Of a stretch of DNA of 61,074 bases, positions 46,349 to 59,149 are shown one piece after another (positions within the stretch are counted from its first letter, which is position 1; each line of letters opens with the position of its first letter). The stretch is from Nemertoderma westbladi (Eukaryota; Animalia; Xenacoelomorpha), in contig JAUCBJ010009011.1 of assembly GCA_032718475.1 (NCBI GenBank), forward strand, positions 1 to 61,074, in the 5' to 3' direction. The position numbers and the translations under genes are program-made. The notes beneath the pieces were generated by a model, which was given only the letters and a program-made list of their open reading frames with translations, made no database searches and was not told the DNA's origin.

Positions 46349-47049
46349 GTTCCCGGAGACGAGGGAATGAGACTGAGACTGGGAAATGGTGCGCCTGGAA
46401 GGCGCCGCATGTAACGTACGAACTATTAAGTATAAATTTAATTAATGCAAATAACTATATAAGTGCAATTTGTATGTACGTACGTAGTGATTAGCAGTAA
46501 AATACATACGTTTGGAGTAAGTACTATAGTCATACAACCTTTCTCAATTAGCTACTGGGACTGGGGGACAATTGACTATGGCACTATGGACGAGACAACT
46601 GACAATTTCACGCTTCTTGAGTGCGACGGCACGAGAGGGGGGGGGAGGTTCGTCAAGAGAGATAAAACAGTCAAAATGGAGTTGAGAATCGGAATAAGAG
46701 TGCGAAGTGCGGAGAGAGTGCGAACGCAATTCTAGTGTGGGGGGGGGGGGGAGAATAAGAGGCTGAGTGAGGGACGAGGAAGTCCGAGAGTAGAGTGAGA
46801 GGAGAGTAGAGTCAAGGGCGAAAGTGTTGGGGAAACAAAAATCGTGTGAGAGACGAGCACGATCGGCCCGACATGGACGCCAGGCGTAAAGGGTAGCGTT
46901 ATCATACCCAGAGGGAGCGGCCTGGAAAGCCGACTCCGAGAGAAAAGATTTCCACCCCACACCCGATGCTAGATCGGGATCCAGCGGGATTGTAACGCAC
47001 TTTTTGGTTGATGCTATCTTCTTACCGGGAAGATAGCATGGGGGGGGGG

Positions 47050-47587
47050 TGTTAGCTTATTCAATCCCGCCAACACCCCATAAAGTTATAAGCCGATAAG
47101 CAATATTGGGAGCCACGAGATTGGGCAATTAACCAACTCGTGCCATCCCAATGAGAGTGGGAAGGAAGCACACAATAGAGGGTCAGGGGCCAAACCCCTA
47201 ACCCAGGGAGAACAGGTGGAGTGAACGGGAATACTCCACGGGGCGCCAACAAGGGTATTAACCAATCAGAGGGGGGAATGGCATCGATTGAGTAGCAGTA
47301 AGGCCACCGTGCAATATAACCAATAACCTATTAATCAGTGATTCAGTTATCTCAGTGCAGCAGTGCTAGCGTAGGGTACAGCCAATTAGTTTAGTTAGGG
47401 GATCACGGGACTTTAGTTACCGTATCCCGCCTACCGTACAATTCACAGTATATCTATATCCTATAACCTATTATTATACACCGAACTTCAGAACTCAGTT
47501 ATCTTTATTTCACTCTTATACACGGCGGGGACGCGTGGACTAAATACCACATCGGATAAATCGGGATCCCTCTTGGATCCCGTCACA
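47050..47587 (+). repeat. 3' LTR of the BEL element
   Basis: Same length and sequence as the 5' LTR, preceded by the PPT and followed by TSD CGGAT. Confidence 0.97.
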
Positions 47588-48255
47588 CGGATCATAAATA
47601 ACGAGATGGGAGAAAGATTTCACTTTCAAACATTTCGCCCTCTAGCGGCAGACTGAAGAACTGCACACGGATTAGCCTTCAATTCAATTCAATTCAATTC
47701 CTTCTTTCAAAGTCACAGCTAATGGTCTAGTACATATCTGCCAAATTTCAGCATAAATGGATTAAAAGCAAAGAAATGGGAGGACATTTAACGTTTAGAC
47801 ATGTGGCCCTCTAGCAGGAGACTATTGCTCTGATGGTGTCTGAAAGTCTCTCAAACGTCTCAACTTTAGCTCATATTGATACCACAAATTTTCAACTTGG
47901 CAGCTTTAAATCCGACAAAGTTATTAGCATGTCAAAATCGTAACGACGACAACGATTTCACTTTCAGACCTTTGGCCCTCTAGCGGCAGACTGGAGAACT
48001 GCAGATGGATTCGCCTCCTTTGAAAGTCACAGCTAATGGTCTAATACATATCTGCCAAGTTTCAGCTTAAACGTATTAAAAGCAAAGAAATGGGAGGGCA
48101 TTTAATGTTTAGACATGTGGCCCTCTAGCGGGAGACCATTGCACTGATGGTGTCTGAAAGTCTCTCAAAAATCTCAACTTTTGCTCATATTGATACCTAC
48201 AAATTTTCAACTTGGCAGCTTTAAATCCGACAAAGTTATTAGCATGTCAAAATCG

Positions 48256-48262
48256 TAACGAC

Positions 48263-48304
<42 letters not shown>

Positions 48305-48330
48305 AACGACGACGACGACGACGACGACAA
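48256..48330. repeat. (GAC)n microsatellite near the end of the HINE/Crypton-like element
   Basis: Direct observation; occasional AAC interruptions. Confidence 0.95.
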
Positions 48331-51300
48331 CTATTTGCATAAATTGACCCACCCCCTAACAGTGTCAATTCGCTAAGGCTCCGCCAACTTCGTGGCTCGC
48401 CCCACATCACCTAGAATAACTTCCATGATATGATGGCGGCAGGCGAGCACCAGGCGAGATTTTACAGTCCTCTATTCATATTCTGTTCAAGGATGACACA
48501 TGATCCTTTAATCAGCCCTGTGTTTGAAGCAGTCGTGTCAAAACACATTCCTTGTACCTTGTCAGCAATGTCTCGTTCGTTCAGTGCAGCAAGTGTTACT
48601 TCTGCCATTGCTGACCCAGTTCCACGACATACTTTTGGTGCTGATATCATTTCTGAAAACGACTGAGGTATATTATCATTATCGACAGAAACCCCTGTTA
48701 TAATAACAGGTATTCTATCAGTTTTTCCAGTGGACCCTTTACCAAGGTTGGGGAGAAGTTTTCCATCCCAATGAACAATGCATGGATCTGGACACCAATC
48801 TTTAAATGTTTCTACAATCCAAGCAGCAGTTTCTATGAGACTTTTCAGCCTGTGTCTATATACTGTAGAATGGGAAGCTGATTTGAAATCATAGATACTT
48901 ACTGATCGGTATCTGCCAAGCTGTAAACTTGTGGTGATAGAAACTTAGCTTTCTTTGGAGCAGATGGAGTAGTTTGTTTCGAAATGTTCTTTGTCATGTA
49001 ATCACTAGCAACAAAGTCGGGATCAAGCTCTTCTGGTTCAGAACTATCACAAGATCAACTTGTAGTAGAGTCAACATCATATACTTTTTCGACCTCTATA
49101 GAGTCATCTTTGCTTTGTCCAACATCTCCATAAGTATGTTTCCTTCGCAGTTCCCTCTGTAATTCACGATTCACATCCACCCAATCTACACCTGTCACTC
49201 CTAAAACAATTTTACATTTCCTGGGACCTCTTTGATCTAACAGAAAATCCCTGAATAGGATTAGGAAAAAAATAATTAATTAGATTAATTAAATACATAC
49301 ATACCATAATTATTATTTAGGACTTAAGAGTTTTCTATTTTATATTACATAAATAAATAGTATATATCAAAATAGTATTTCTGTCATTAGTACATACTGA
49401 CAGAGTATTATTTATTAACAATATGATAATTCAAATTTGATAAGCCACATAATAGCCTATGTACTATATTACTTACTTGTCAGCTTGAATCTTTATAAGT
49501 TTCATAGCATTGGCTTTTGAAACATCGAATAAACAAATTAGTTTCTCCTGAAATAGAACCAGGTTTTTCTTAGTGGGTTCTGAAGGGTCCTCACGTCTAG
49601 TTACTTTGGTCTTCAGTTTGTTGTACTCATCAAATAGCTTGGTTAACACTCTAACAACATTCCTGTGTTCCTGTACAGGAATTTTGGCATTATTCCACAC
49701 AACAATCGTATTTTGAGCAGTAGTTGATATGCCTTTGGTCAGACTTCCTTTTACTTTCGCACCTGGACCTTCTCTTTCTCTCAAATATAGTATCGATTTC
49801 AGTACATCCGCATTAGTAGGAAGTTGCGCTGTTTTTGATGGATCAAAATCACTACAGGACCAAGTAACCATTCGATTACAACAGAGCGTAAATATTGTCA
49901 TTTTCACTAATTAATTCAACTTTAATTTAAGTGTACCGGTACCAAATATTATTTTATTAGGCTAATTTACAAAATAACAATGAAACAGTGGAAACATAGT
50001 CTGTTAGTGGTTCATGTAATGAACTACTAAACAACAAAGAAACTGAAATATGAAATATATACTGTAGTTAGTATTGAAATCTAAAAATACAGAATAGAAA
50101 GTGAAATACGAAATATATACTGTAGTTAGTATTGAAATCTAAAAATGCCCAATAGAAACTGAAATACGAAATATGAAATCTAGAGCTTAGTAATGAAATC
50201 TAGTTATTCTATGCCTATACCTGCTTGTAGGCAGGTTAGTAAAGAAGGATGTTACAGAAACCAAAAGTGGTCAAAGTACCTGAAGTATATATTCGATCTT
50301 TATGAAAAATTAAATTGAAATAAAAAAAAATTAAAATAGTTCAGCTCCTGATGTATGTTTCCACTCCAACTACGTAGCCATTTGGATTTTAAATTATCAA
50401 AAAAGGACATGATAGTACTCCAAGAAATGCTCTATCGAAAATCAGACACATCGCTGAAGTGGAAGCCAGTAACGCTGAAGCAGAACCCAGATCGCTCAAC
50501 ACTTAATGTTGAGGTCACTTGCTCTATCTGAAGAATTCATTTTGAGATGTTGTTGTAATGTTATTTTTTGCTTAACTTGGTGTGATGAACCCAATTAGCC
50601 TTGAGCAGATCAAAAATTCCAACTATTTTTTTTTGCCTATGGGAATTGAAACACCCTACCAGTGGTCCATAAGTGTGAACAACTTTGCTTTGTATTTTCT
50701 ATCTTTTTAATTAGTTTGTCCTTTGATCAAGAAACCTCTACTCCGAAATGTTAAATCGATTCAGCATGGCCTGCCAAGCACACTCCTTCGATTCTGGAGT
50801 CATGTTTTTCATTTTATTAAAAGAACAACTGAATGAGACCATGGTACTTCTCATAGACTGTAAGCCCACCAGCTTGAGCACTACTATAGGCTGCACCCAT
50901 CTGCACAATCGACTGTCTGTAATATACTTTTATACTTTCACCAACGAATCAGACAAAGAAATATCTCTGTAATTATCACAACTTGCAGTATTGTAGCATA
51001 CTATCGGCCCTATGCCTGCCCACTGTATGTGTACATGTATGGGCAAATTATAAAACACAATTTAGGACAGACGTTATGTATAAAATCAAATTAATTTATA
51101 AACATTTCAATGGGATTGGAGTGATTCAAGTTAACTTTTATTCTATTATAAGGAATTGATAGCCTGTTCAGTTTCCTGGGGAGTAATTGCAGTCTAATAA
51201 TTGTAGTCTAACAATGGAATATATGGAGCTGAATGTAAATTCGTCCACTCTTGTCTTAATGGTGGATCCATTAATGACATTGATTATACTGTTATTGCAA

Positions 51301-51417
51301 AATTCCGCCTTGAGCTCCTAGATCTAGTAATGAATCAAATGGTTCCTCATAGAACCTTACTGAACCTGGACAAATTGACACACTCTTGATTTGTCACCCT
51401 AACTTGTCAAAGCGACC

Positions 51418-52230
51418 ATGGATGTAAGTACGCCTGATGATAACTGGTTTCGAGAATTTCCTTCATTTGAGAATAAAAATCTATCCCACCCAGGTAGGTC
51501 TCCTCGCCCTGTTGTCCAACCATCAGTTGAGGGATCGGAGTCAGATAGTCCAGGTCCTCCATCCCGAATCATTCCACTGAGTCCTTATGACCCATCACTC
51601 AGTACCGATGAACAGAGATCCCACCTCAAATGCACCATCTGCAATGAGATATGTGCCATACACAAGAAGACTCGAGCCTTTCGTGTTCATGGTCCACTCA
51701 AAAACAGAATCTAATCCTGGAATACAATACCAGCCCCCCACAGTCATTTCAGCTGGCATTCTGGAAGGAATATCCTCATTGCAAAGTGGTATCAGTGATG
51801 ATGTGCCCAAGAAAATGCAAGCCACTGTTGAAGGTAAGGTTCAGGGTTCATGCTGCTCCAGATCAAGACAGATGTGCCACCTGTAATGAAATCAATCAGC
51901 GAAAACTCTTGGGAACATGCTCTCAGTGCAATACCTGGCACCATGTCTCTTGTGTCAGCCTCCAGAGAAGTGATGCAGCAGCCAATCTGGTTAATTGGTT
52001 CTGTGGAACTTGTTTGGATAGCTGCAAAGGACCCAAGAGCAACCTAACACTCCAAATATACAGCTACCCTCATAAATGATCTTCCAGGGTACTTCTCCAA
52101 GGTGAAGCAATCGTTTCGGGTAATTGCCAAAATACCCAAAGGGGCAAGAATTGCAGGTGCTGATGCCCTAGCGACACTATTGAAAGAGGCCCAGGAGAAA
52201 CAATCACCACTCCCTTGGGTGCGTCTATAA
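51418..52230 (+). pseudogene. Possible 5' fragment of a CRE-like non-LTR element (Zn-finger/PHD-like region, IPKGAR motif)
   Basis: CTIC...FRVHGP; CATC..CSQCNTWHHVSCV..WFCGTC; AKIPKGAR..ADALATLL..PW; frameshifted, no RT present. Confidence 0.45.
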
Positions 52231-53048
52231 AACGCCGGACAGGCGTACATAAAACAATCATTACTAGAGTATAATAGCACAACAATCAACAAATACTACA
52301 TAATAATAATGATATACTGTAAGTAAGGTTGTAAAATACAAGGGCCACTTGGGACAAAATATATGTAGATGTGTATATGTATGTATTATGGCATACATAC
52401 ATTTGGTATTTTTATTTGATATAATTAAATTCTCATAGGTATTAGAAATAAATAGTACTTTTATTTTTTGATTTCATTTCTTTGATTTTATTGCCCCACA
52501 GAATTTATTTCTTATACACAAGTATCAGAATTAATGAGACATTTTGAATTAAATTCTCTCATGTATCAGATGTATCCTCTATCAGAATTTAATTAGTCTT
52601 AATGGGCATGCACAAGTGGCCTCCTAATGTATCAGTACATCAGTATGTTGACCTAGATATCATAATACAAAATATCTCTGTAGTGATCACATCCGTACAG
52701 AGCCACCGGTACATATATTTCTGGAGTCAATTTGGCTTAGGAATCTCATGATTGGTGCTAGAAGTAGCCAAACCAAGCCAAACCAATACAGCAATTGCAA
52801 AACACCGTGTAAAACTTGCCTATGTGCTGTTTCATACTCTCCTTTTAAAACCCCCTAAGCAATATTGAGATGATCGGCTGTATTTAGCTTGGACTAGTCA
52901 GTACCATGAAAGAATGATGTCACACCACAAAGGCAATTAGATCTATCGTAATCTGGAACAATAACTCTGGTACCTGGATTAGAATGATAATTACCATGAT
53001 CTAAGATAGCAGATAAAGGTGAATAATGTATATTAATTAATCTTTAAT

Positions 53049-53320
53049 TTAGGCTTTTTGGCCCATATAGGTATACACACAATAATGAATTAAATGCACT
53101 TTACGGATATTATCGATTAGCGTAAGACTGCCATAATTTAATATTGCAGATACTAATGTATTACTGAAAGACGCCTCAAGGTAAAATAATGAATGTAAGG
53201 ATAACCTATGTTTATGCACAATTGATCTGATGTTTAAGTTTACAAGCATTTCACTAGCACTATCATACCTAGTACAACCAACAAATTTTCGTACTACATT
53301 ATTAAAATAGCCACCTTCAA
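53049..53320 (-). pseudogene. LINE ORF2 extreme C-terminal fragment
   Basis: YFNNVVRKFVGCTRYDSASEMLVNLNI...SNTLV resembles LINE 3' ends. Confidence 0.5.
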
Positions 53321-53899
53321 ACGAAACTTCAAACTTCAAATAAGAAAACCAATTAAAAACATGAGACCCCCCTCCCAAAGATCCCATTTCTATGACATTT
53401 ATACACATTTTACATTTTATTGTATATCTACTTTAATGATATTGTCTCCTCAGGCAAGCCACAAGGCAAACTTTGTTGAAGCAACATTAGCAGCCAGACC
53501 AGATAGAATTCACATTATCCCAGCCCATGCTTGTCCAAAGAAAAATAAGAAAGTAAGAGAGGTAGGTGAGGTGGTACCCCTAGTATTAGATACCTGCCTT
53601 ATTACCAATATTGCCCCAGCCCTATTTCTCCTCCCATGATAAGGCTTCATATCATCACGTTCTTAGAAAGCCAGCCTTACCGCTAATGGCACTAGTAGTA
53701 GTTGATAAATATTGAATTGCAACACAGCAGGAGGGCTCCCACTTTCTCCACTACCATTGTGTGCCATGTAGAGTACTACAGCTGGGAAAGGCCTTGGTTA
53801 TGGTTTCATCTGAGGTTGAGCCATACAGAGTTCAATATACCAATGAAATATAGGTATGTAGGCCTACTGTAATGTAATATAAAGATAAGGTAGCCAGGA

Positions 53900-56750
53900 C
53901 TCTGGCCATCATGTTGTCTGATTGGACAGCTGGTATAAAAGTCACTGGAGGATATCCACTTGTAAAGGTCAAAAAGGCCATAGAAACATGCACTGCTCAT
54001 GGAATCACCAACTATCACCAAACTTCAATGTCTATGCTTGAAGGGTTTACAAGAACCAGAGAAGACACAACTGCAAGTGTGAGCAACCAGCTAAGCCTCC
54101 AACGAAAGGAGCAAATATTAAAGAACAGAAATATGTTGAGACCAATAATAAGAACCATTATATTCTGTGGGAGAAATAATCTACCATAACTTGGTCATAG
54201 GTCTACTTCGATTTAGAATAGATGCTGGAGACAAGGAACTTCGCAATTTGGCAGATTCTGAAGCTAACAACGCCACTTTTATTTCAAAAACAACTCAGAA
54301 CGAACTAATAGAGGTGATAAAGGAACAGCTTCAAGGAAAGATTGTGGAACGCATTAAGGCAGCAGTATTTTTTACAGTATTGGCGGATGAAACTTCTGAT
54401 TCTTCAAGAAAGGAACAAGTTACAATTATTATCAGGTAAGGACTAAGGGGAGATATTATGTTCAAGAGATACTGTAGATGGCAATTGTAGAGAGACATGT
54501 TGTAGTAACCACTCCATTTATTGTAGGTGTTAGGAATTTATGCTTTTACTAATGCTCACTTTGTAGAGCCCTGGACTAGAAATTCGAGATTCGATCCCAC
54601 ATTGAGATGTATTGCTTTTTGAAGAAAATTTTTGTTTTTCTAAAATACATTAACATTAATTACATAAATTTTTCATAGTAATCTAAATTTGTATAAAATT
54701 AGCATATAGGTTGATATCCCATTCTACTACAATCTTTAGTTTGTTTAAGATATTTATGTTAGGATTGTGTTAATATTTGTATTTCATTTATTGAATAAAA
54801 ATTAATTACAATGGTGAATTAATTTTTCTTAATAATAATTAATTATGCTAATCTGAACTGTTCTGCCAAAATTACTAATGAAGGTGTTTGTTAAATAGAA
54901 CCTAGTAAGTAAATAATAGTACAGTACTAAGCCAGTCAAGGAGAAGATAGACACCATTGGGCGTTTTCACCGTTGTGTACAACTTACTAATATTGTGAAT
55001 ATTTATTTAATTAAGATAATTAATTTATAATTAATTTGAATAATAGAACCGTCGACAAAGATGGATATGTATACGATGATTTCTTTGGGTTTGCACATGC
55101 TACAGATCTCACTGGCCAGGGATTGGCAAACCTGATTACAGACTATATATATGAACTTGCATTGTCATTAGATTTCTGTCGTGGACAAGGCTATGATGGG
55201 GCATCTTCAATGATGGGGAAATTCAATGGCTGTGCTGCTATAATTTCTAAGAAACAGCCACTAGCCATACCATCCATTGCTTCAATCAATGACTTAATCT
55301 CGTTATTCAAAGTCATGCGAGCTACCTGAAATTAGGAACTGCTTTGGAATTGTAAACAAAGTAGCTGATTTTGTACTTTCTTTACCGAAGCGTATTCAGT
55401 TGCTTGACGAGATTTTGCACAATAATGTTCCCGATTCTGCATGGAAACGGCGGCTTCGGCTTCTTTGTCCTACTCGATGGGTCGATCGTGATTTTTCAGG
55501 AATTACTGCCATATGTTGCCGAATTACTGGAAGATATATCTGAAGGTACAGATCGAAAGTCAGCAGCGGATGCAGCGACATTATTAACAGCTATTCAAAC
55601 GCCATCATCCTTGGTCTCACTATCAGTGGCAGAAAACTTTTCAATACTTTCTTACACTGTGACTGCTGGTGAAAATCTACAGAAGGTAAATCAACATCTT
55701 GGTCAGGCTTATAGGGAAATATCTAAGATCCATCATACGCTTACTACCAACAGAACCAATGCTGTAACAGCATTTCAGCGACTATTTAACAAGACTCAAG
55801 AATTAGCTGAAACTATTGGACCTCAGACATTACACCCACCTAGAACTGTTCGACGCCAAACTAAGAGGCCCAATGCCCCATCTGAGTCTTCTGAAGAGCA
55901 TTTCCGATGGAATATATATTTGCCATTTTTGGACCATGTTATTGGTGAGTCCACAGGTTGATTTTTGTTGTGTCAATTTCAAATATAGAGTCAATGGCGC
56001 GAAATGACCACAAACACAAAATAAATGTTAGTGGGTTTTAAAAATTGGTTTAATTTAATTAAAAACATTAATGCACTTGCGGTCAATTCAGATAGGGGGG
56101 TAAACTGGACGCAATAAAAATTCATCCTTCTCCAGAGGAAATTCGACGCAAATAACAGATGATTACACCCAAAAATAAAAATGTAACCTGTTCTATTGTG
56201 TTTAGTTTATTGTTTTGATTAAAATAACGTGCCACTGTGACCTGCTCCTTTCCCTATATTGAGAATTTAACATTGAGGCGGGATATTAATTCGCCAAGGC
56301 GGATTTTGCGTCCAGTTTCCCCCCTCCCCCTGTCTCGGTCAATTTGCGCTGAAGATCACTATTTTCGCTTGCGGTCAAAGTCCACCACTATCTGCAAATA
56401 TAATAGAAATACAGAGAAATATATATGTGGATTAAGTGCAGTAATAAATAAATATTAATAAGCCTAATTAATTTTGTCAATTTAATTTGCAGGTGAGCTA
56501 CATGATCGATTCGAGTCGAGACCTCCCCCTCAACTTGGACTCCAAGAACTCATTCCCAGATTCCGCACCACAGACTCATTAGAGACGGTTTTGGCAGCTT
56601 CCCAGTTATATAGTGAAGATATTAATAAACCAGACTCCGTAGTCAGAGCCGAAGTCGAGGGATGGTTTTTAGAAACTAGAGATGACAGCTCTCTTCACTA
56701 CTGGGTTCAACGTGCCAACAGCAGATTCTATCCAACAGTTTTTCCATCCA
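53900..56750 (+). pseudogene. hAT (Tip100/P52rIPK/ZMYM1-like, DUF4371) transposase, intron-containing, decayed
   Basis: IIFCGRNNLP, LRFRIDAGD, NATFISKTTQNELI, LADETSD..KEQ, CRGQGYDGASSM.G, LCPTRWV, YLPFLD; GT-AG-type introns after ~54435 and at 55944-56492. Confidence 0.9.
56089..56336. mobile_element. MITE; second inverted copy at 60839-61074
   Basis: TIR AGA(T/C)AGGGGG..AAACTGGACGCAA; direct flank GGTCAATT (56081-88, 56337-44). Confidence 0.8.
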
Positions 56751-56758
56751 ATTCTATC

Positions 56759-56903
56759 CAATATACAGAGATTATCGCCTGTCCCAGTAGGTGATATACG
56801 GTTATAAAACCTTCAGCAAATAAATCATGTATAACGATTTATTTGCTTCAGGTTTTATAACCGTATATCACCTTCTGGGACAGACGATAATCTCTGTATA
56901 TTG
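56759..56903. repeat. ~145-bp near-perfect palindrome (hairpin MITE)
   Basis: CAATATACAGAGATTATCG...CGATAATCTCTGTATATTG; arms of ~68 bp with few mismatches. Confidence 0.9.
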
Positions 56904-56924
56904 AATCGGTGATTGGTCTTCATC

Positions 56925-57610
56925 CATTGACTGAAGTGCTTCAAAGCGGTTTTGAACTTCTACTGTTTAAGCATCCTTTATAGCACTGTCAGTTCTGAGT
57001 TTCTCCCAGTCATAGTTGATCTGCTTGCTTGTCCTGGGTTTGCTGGCTCTCAAACTGAGTCTGATCTCTGCAGTCACAATTCTGTGGTCCGAACCAATTA
57101 GGTCGAACGAGCTGTATGCCTCGCAGTTGATCATGCTGTTTCTCCACTTTTTGTTTATAAGGATGTAATCCAGTTGTGCTTTGGTTCCATTAGGGTATTG
57201 AAAGGTCCATAGCTTCCCCTTACTCTTTTCGAATGTGTTGTTTGTTGGTATCAATTCACATTCTTCCATTAGGTCTAAAAGTAAGTACCCATTTCTGTTA
57301 GAACTGGTGTTATAGGTGTAACCCTTGATGTCTTCTGGGCCAATTTGGGCATTCAGGTCACCAGCAATGACTTTAACATTGTGTTTCGGAATGTCCTTTA
57401 TAAGTCCAGTCAGTTCTTCATAAAACTTGACTGCTTGTTCTGGCTCTGAAGCATTGGTTGGACTGTAGCAACATATAACTGTTGCCTTGGGATTCCCATC
57501 AAATGTTGCGATCATAACCCTGGAATTTATAGATTCGATGTTGTTTAGTGTCTTAAGTGCAAATGGGCTTAGCAGAACTCCTACTCCACCAATTGATGCA
57601 TTGATTGCAC
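56925..57610 (-). pseudogene. RTE-type LINE APE endonuclease fragment
   Basis: GGVGVLL, CCYSPT, AGDLNAQIG, NRNG, WTF..PNGTKAQLDYIL, GSDHR. Confidence 0.88.
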
Positions 57611-57617
57611 CTCTGTG

Positions 57618-57925
57618 AGACTATTTTATTCTATTTAATAAATACTGTACACCATATTCTGGAACATTTTGTTTATCCAATACGTAGATGCAATAACTAT
57701 TTAATCATACTATTATGTGCTATTCATACATTAACAAAATGTTCCAGAATATGGTGTATTTATTAAATAGAATCTCCACCGGATTCATCAACTCTACTTC
57801 AGTATATCTAAGTGACGGTGCTTTTTATTTAATTTATTATTTATTCACTTTATCATGTTTTATTGTGCCACTCCCAGTCCCATGGCTTAATTAACTTTAA
57901 AAATTAAATAGAATAAAATAGCCTC
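57618..57925. mobile_element. Small TIR element (MITE)
   Basis: GAGACTATTTTATTCTATTTAAT / ATTAAATAGAATAAAATAGCCTC, plus internal inverted repeat TACACCATATTCTGGAACATTTTGTT; TSD not evident. Confidence 0.6.
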
Positions 57926-58736
57926 GTAGAGTTGCAACACTATACAACATTATTGAACGCCATAATTATTGAACATTATTGAATATCTCGGCCATTTTTC
58001 AACGAAATTCTACATATTTGGAATCCTTTTCTCCAGCTTTCCTTCACTAGGGAGAGTGAGGGATACTTGACTTTAGGGGAGACTTGATTTTTTTGAATAA
58101 CTCAAAAACTATTGTAAATTATTTGACAATAACACATAATAATAATGTTTAAAATACATGTAGGCTACTGTACAACAGTACACTCGCGCAACAATGTTGT
58201 ATTACCTTTTGGTTATTTTTTATTTTATCCTATAAACGTTTTCTGGGTTCAAATGTAAATTTTTTCCCTTTACAACCAATGTTACTAACTATAAGCAGAT
58301 AAGGTTGAAGAATAACTGCGGTGTATGGTGTAACTGGTGCAATATCGACCTTTTTTTAAATGCTTGTACCGGTACTCTAATAGTTGAAAGCAAAAATAAA
58401 AATTCTGACTCACCCACGATCCACCCAGGAGTTGCGTGTTTCTACATACCTCTATTTCAAGTTTCATGCAATCTCACTAACATTTGGAGGCTTTTCTCCT
58501 TATGAATTTAAACAGGTGTTGGACCAAGGAATTTGAACCATCTTTATAATTGAAAAACTTTGCGAAGGAAGCTGTACATTTTGAAGCCTTTGCAACAACT
58601 ATAAACTGAATCGAAACTTCGCGGTAAAAAGTTGAAGTAATTATATTGTGTCCTATCAATACTTTTACAGTATTATTATGATTAATCGTGCCATTATATT
58701 TGTTTCTTTGAAACTTTATAAAAGCCTTTTTCTAGA

Positions 58737-58768
<32 letters not shown>

Positions 58769-59149
58769 TGGTCAAAATTAGAGGTGATTTATCATTTATG
58801 AATGGGCCCTTATTTTGGGATTTCCCGGGCCCCTACTGGGTCCCACCACGCCACTGATCAATGTTGGAATGGCAGCAGTACAATAGTCTTAGTTTGTCGA
58901 ATACGATTTGCTGGATAAAACAGCAATCTATCAATCTATCTATCAATCTATCTATCATCCCAACTTTCAATACCAAGCGCCAACGTGTTTTTTTAGACCT
59001 TGCCAACTCTAATGCAACCGTACATGACCGTAGGGCTTGTTCTGTACAAGTTAACGTGGATACTCTCTACAGTCTGTTTAAAACTAAGGATATGTTGGTA
59101 GCCGCCAGTCGATCATATATATGTGTCAGTATATTACAAATGCGATCAC

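Larger units (their letters stand above)
33314..47587 (+). mobile_element. BEL/Pao LTR retrotransposon, 14,274 bp, with an extra ORF
   Basis: 538-bp TG...CA LTRs, 5-bp TSD CGGAT (33309-13, 47588-92), G-run PPT at 47040-49, Pao-type gag-pol domains. Confidence 0.97.
32393..48405. mobile_element. Non-autonomous Helentron(HINE)/Crypton-like element (~1.7 kb without the BEL), host of the BEL insertion
   Basis: Clean insertion at AC in the hAT ORF with no long TSD; related ends GAAGTGGGGCCTTCGCG / CGCTAAGGCTCCGCCAACTTCG..GCCCCA; internal core repeats, minisatellite and (GAC)n. Confidence 0.6.
32055..50658 (-). mobile_element. hAT-superfamily (hATm-like) transposon, intron-containing, split by a 16-kb nested insertion
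   Basis: QLPTNADVL (49.8k), HWDGKLLP, DRIPVII, CFDTTASNTG, LACRHHIME (48.4-48.8k). Removing 32393-48405 restores ILGDVYQYGCKFPASSDPDILMFKRF..PRSDY. TAGGGTG-type end at 50658; other end not seen. Confidence 0.8.

Noticed and set aside
34590-46410. Many antisense ORFs across the BEL element
   Set aside because: Shadow frames of long purine-rich sense ORFs.
48207-48410. Protamine-like Arg-rich ORF
   Set aside because: Translation of the (GAC)n microsatellite.
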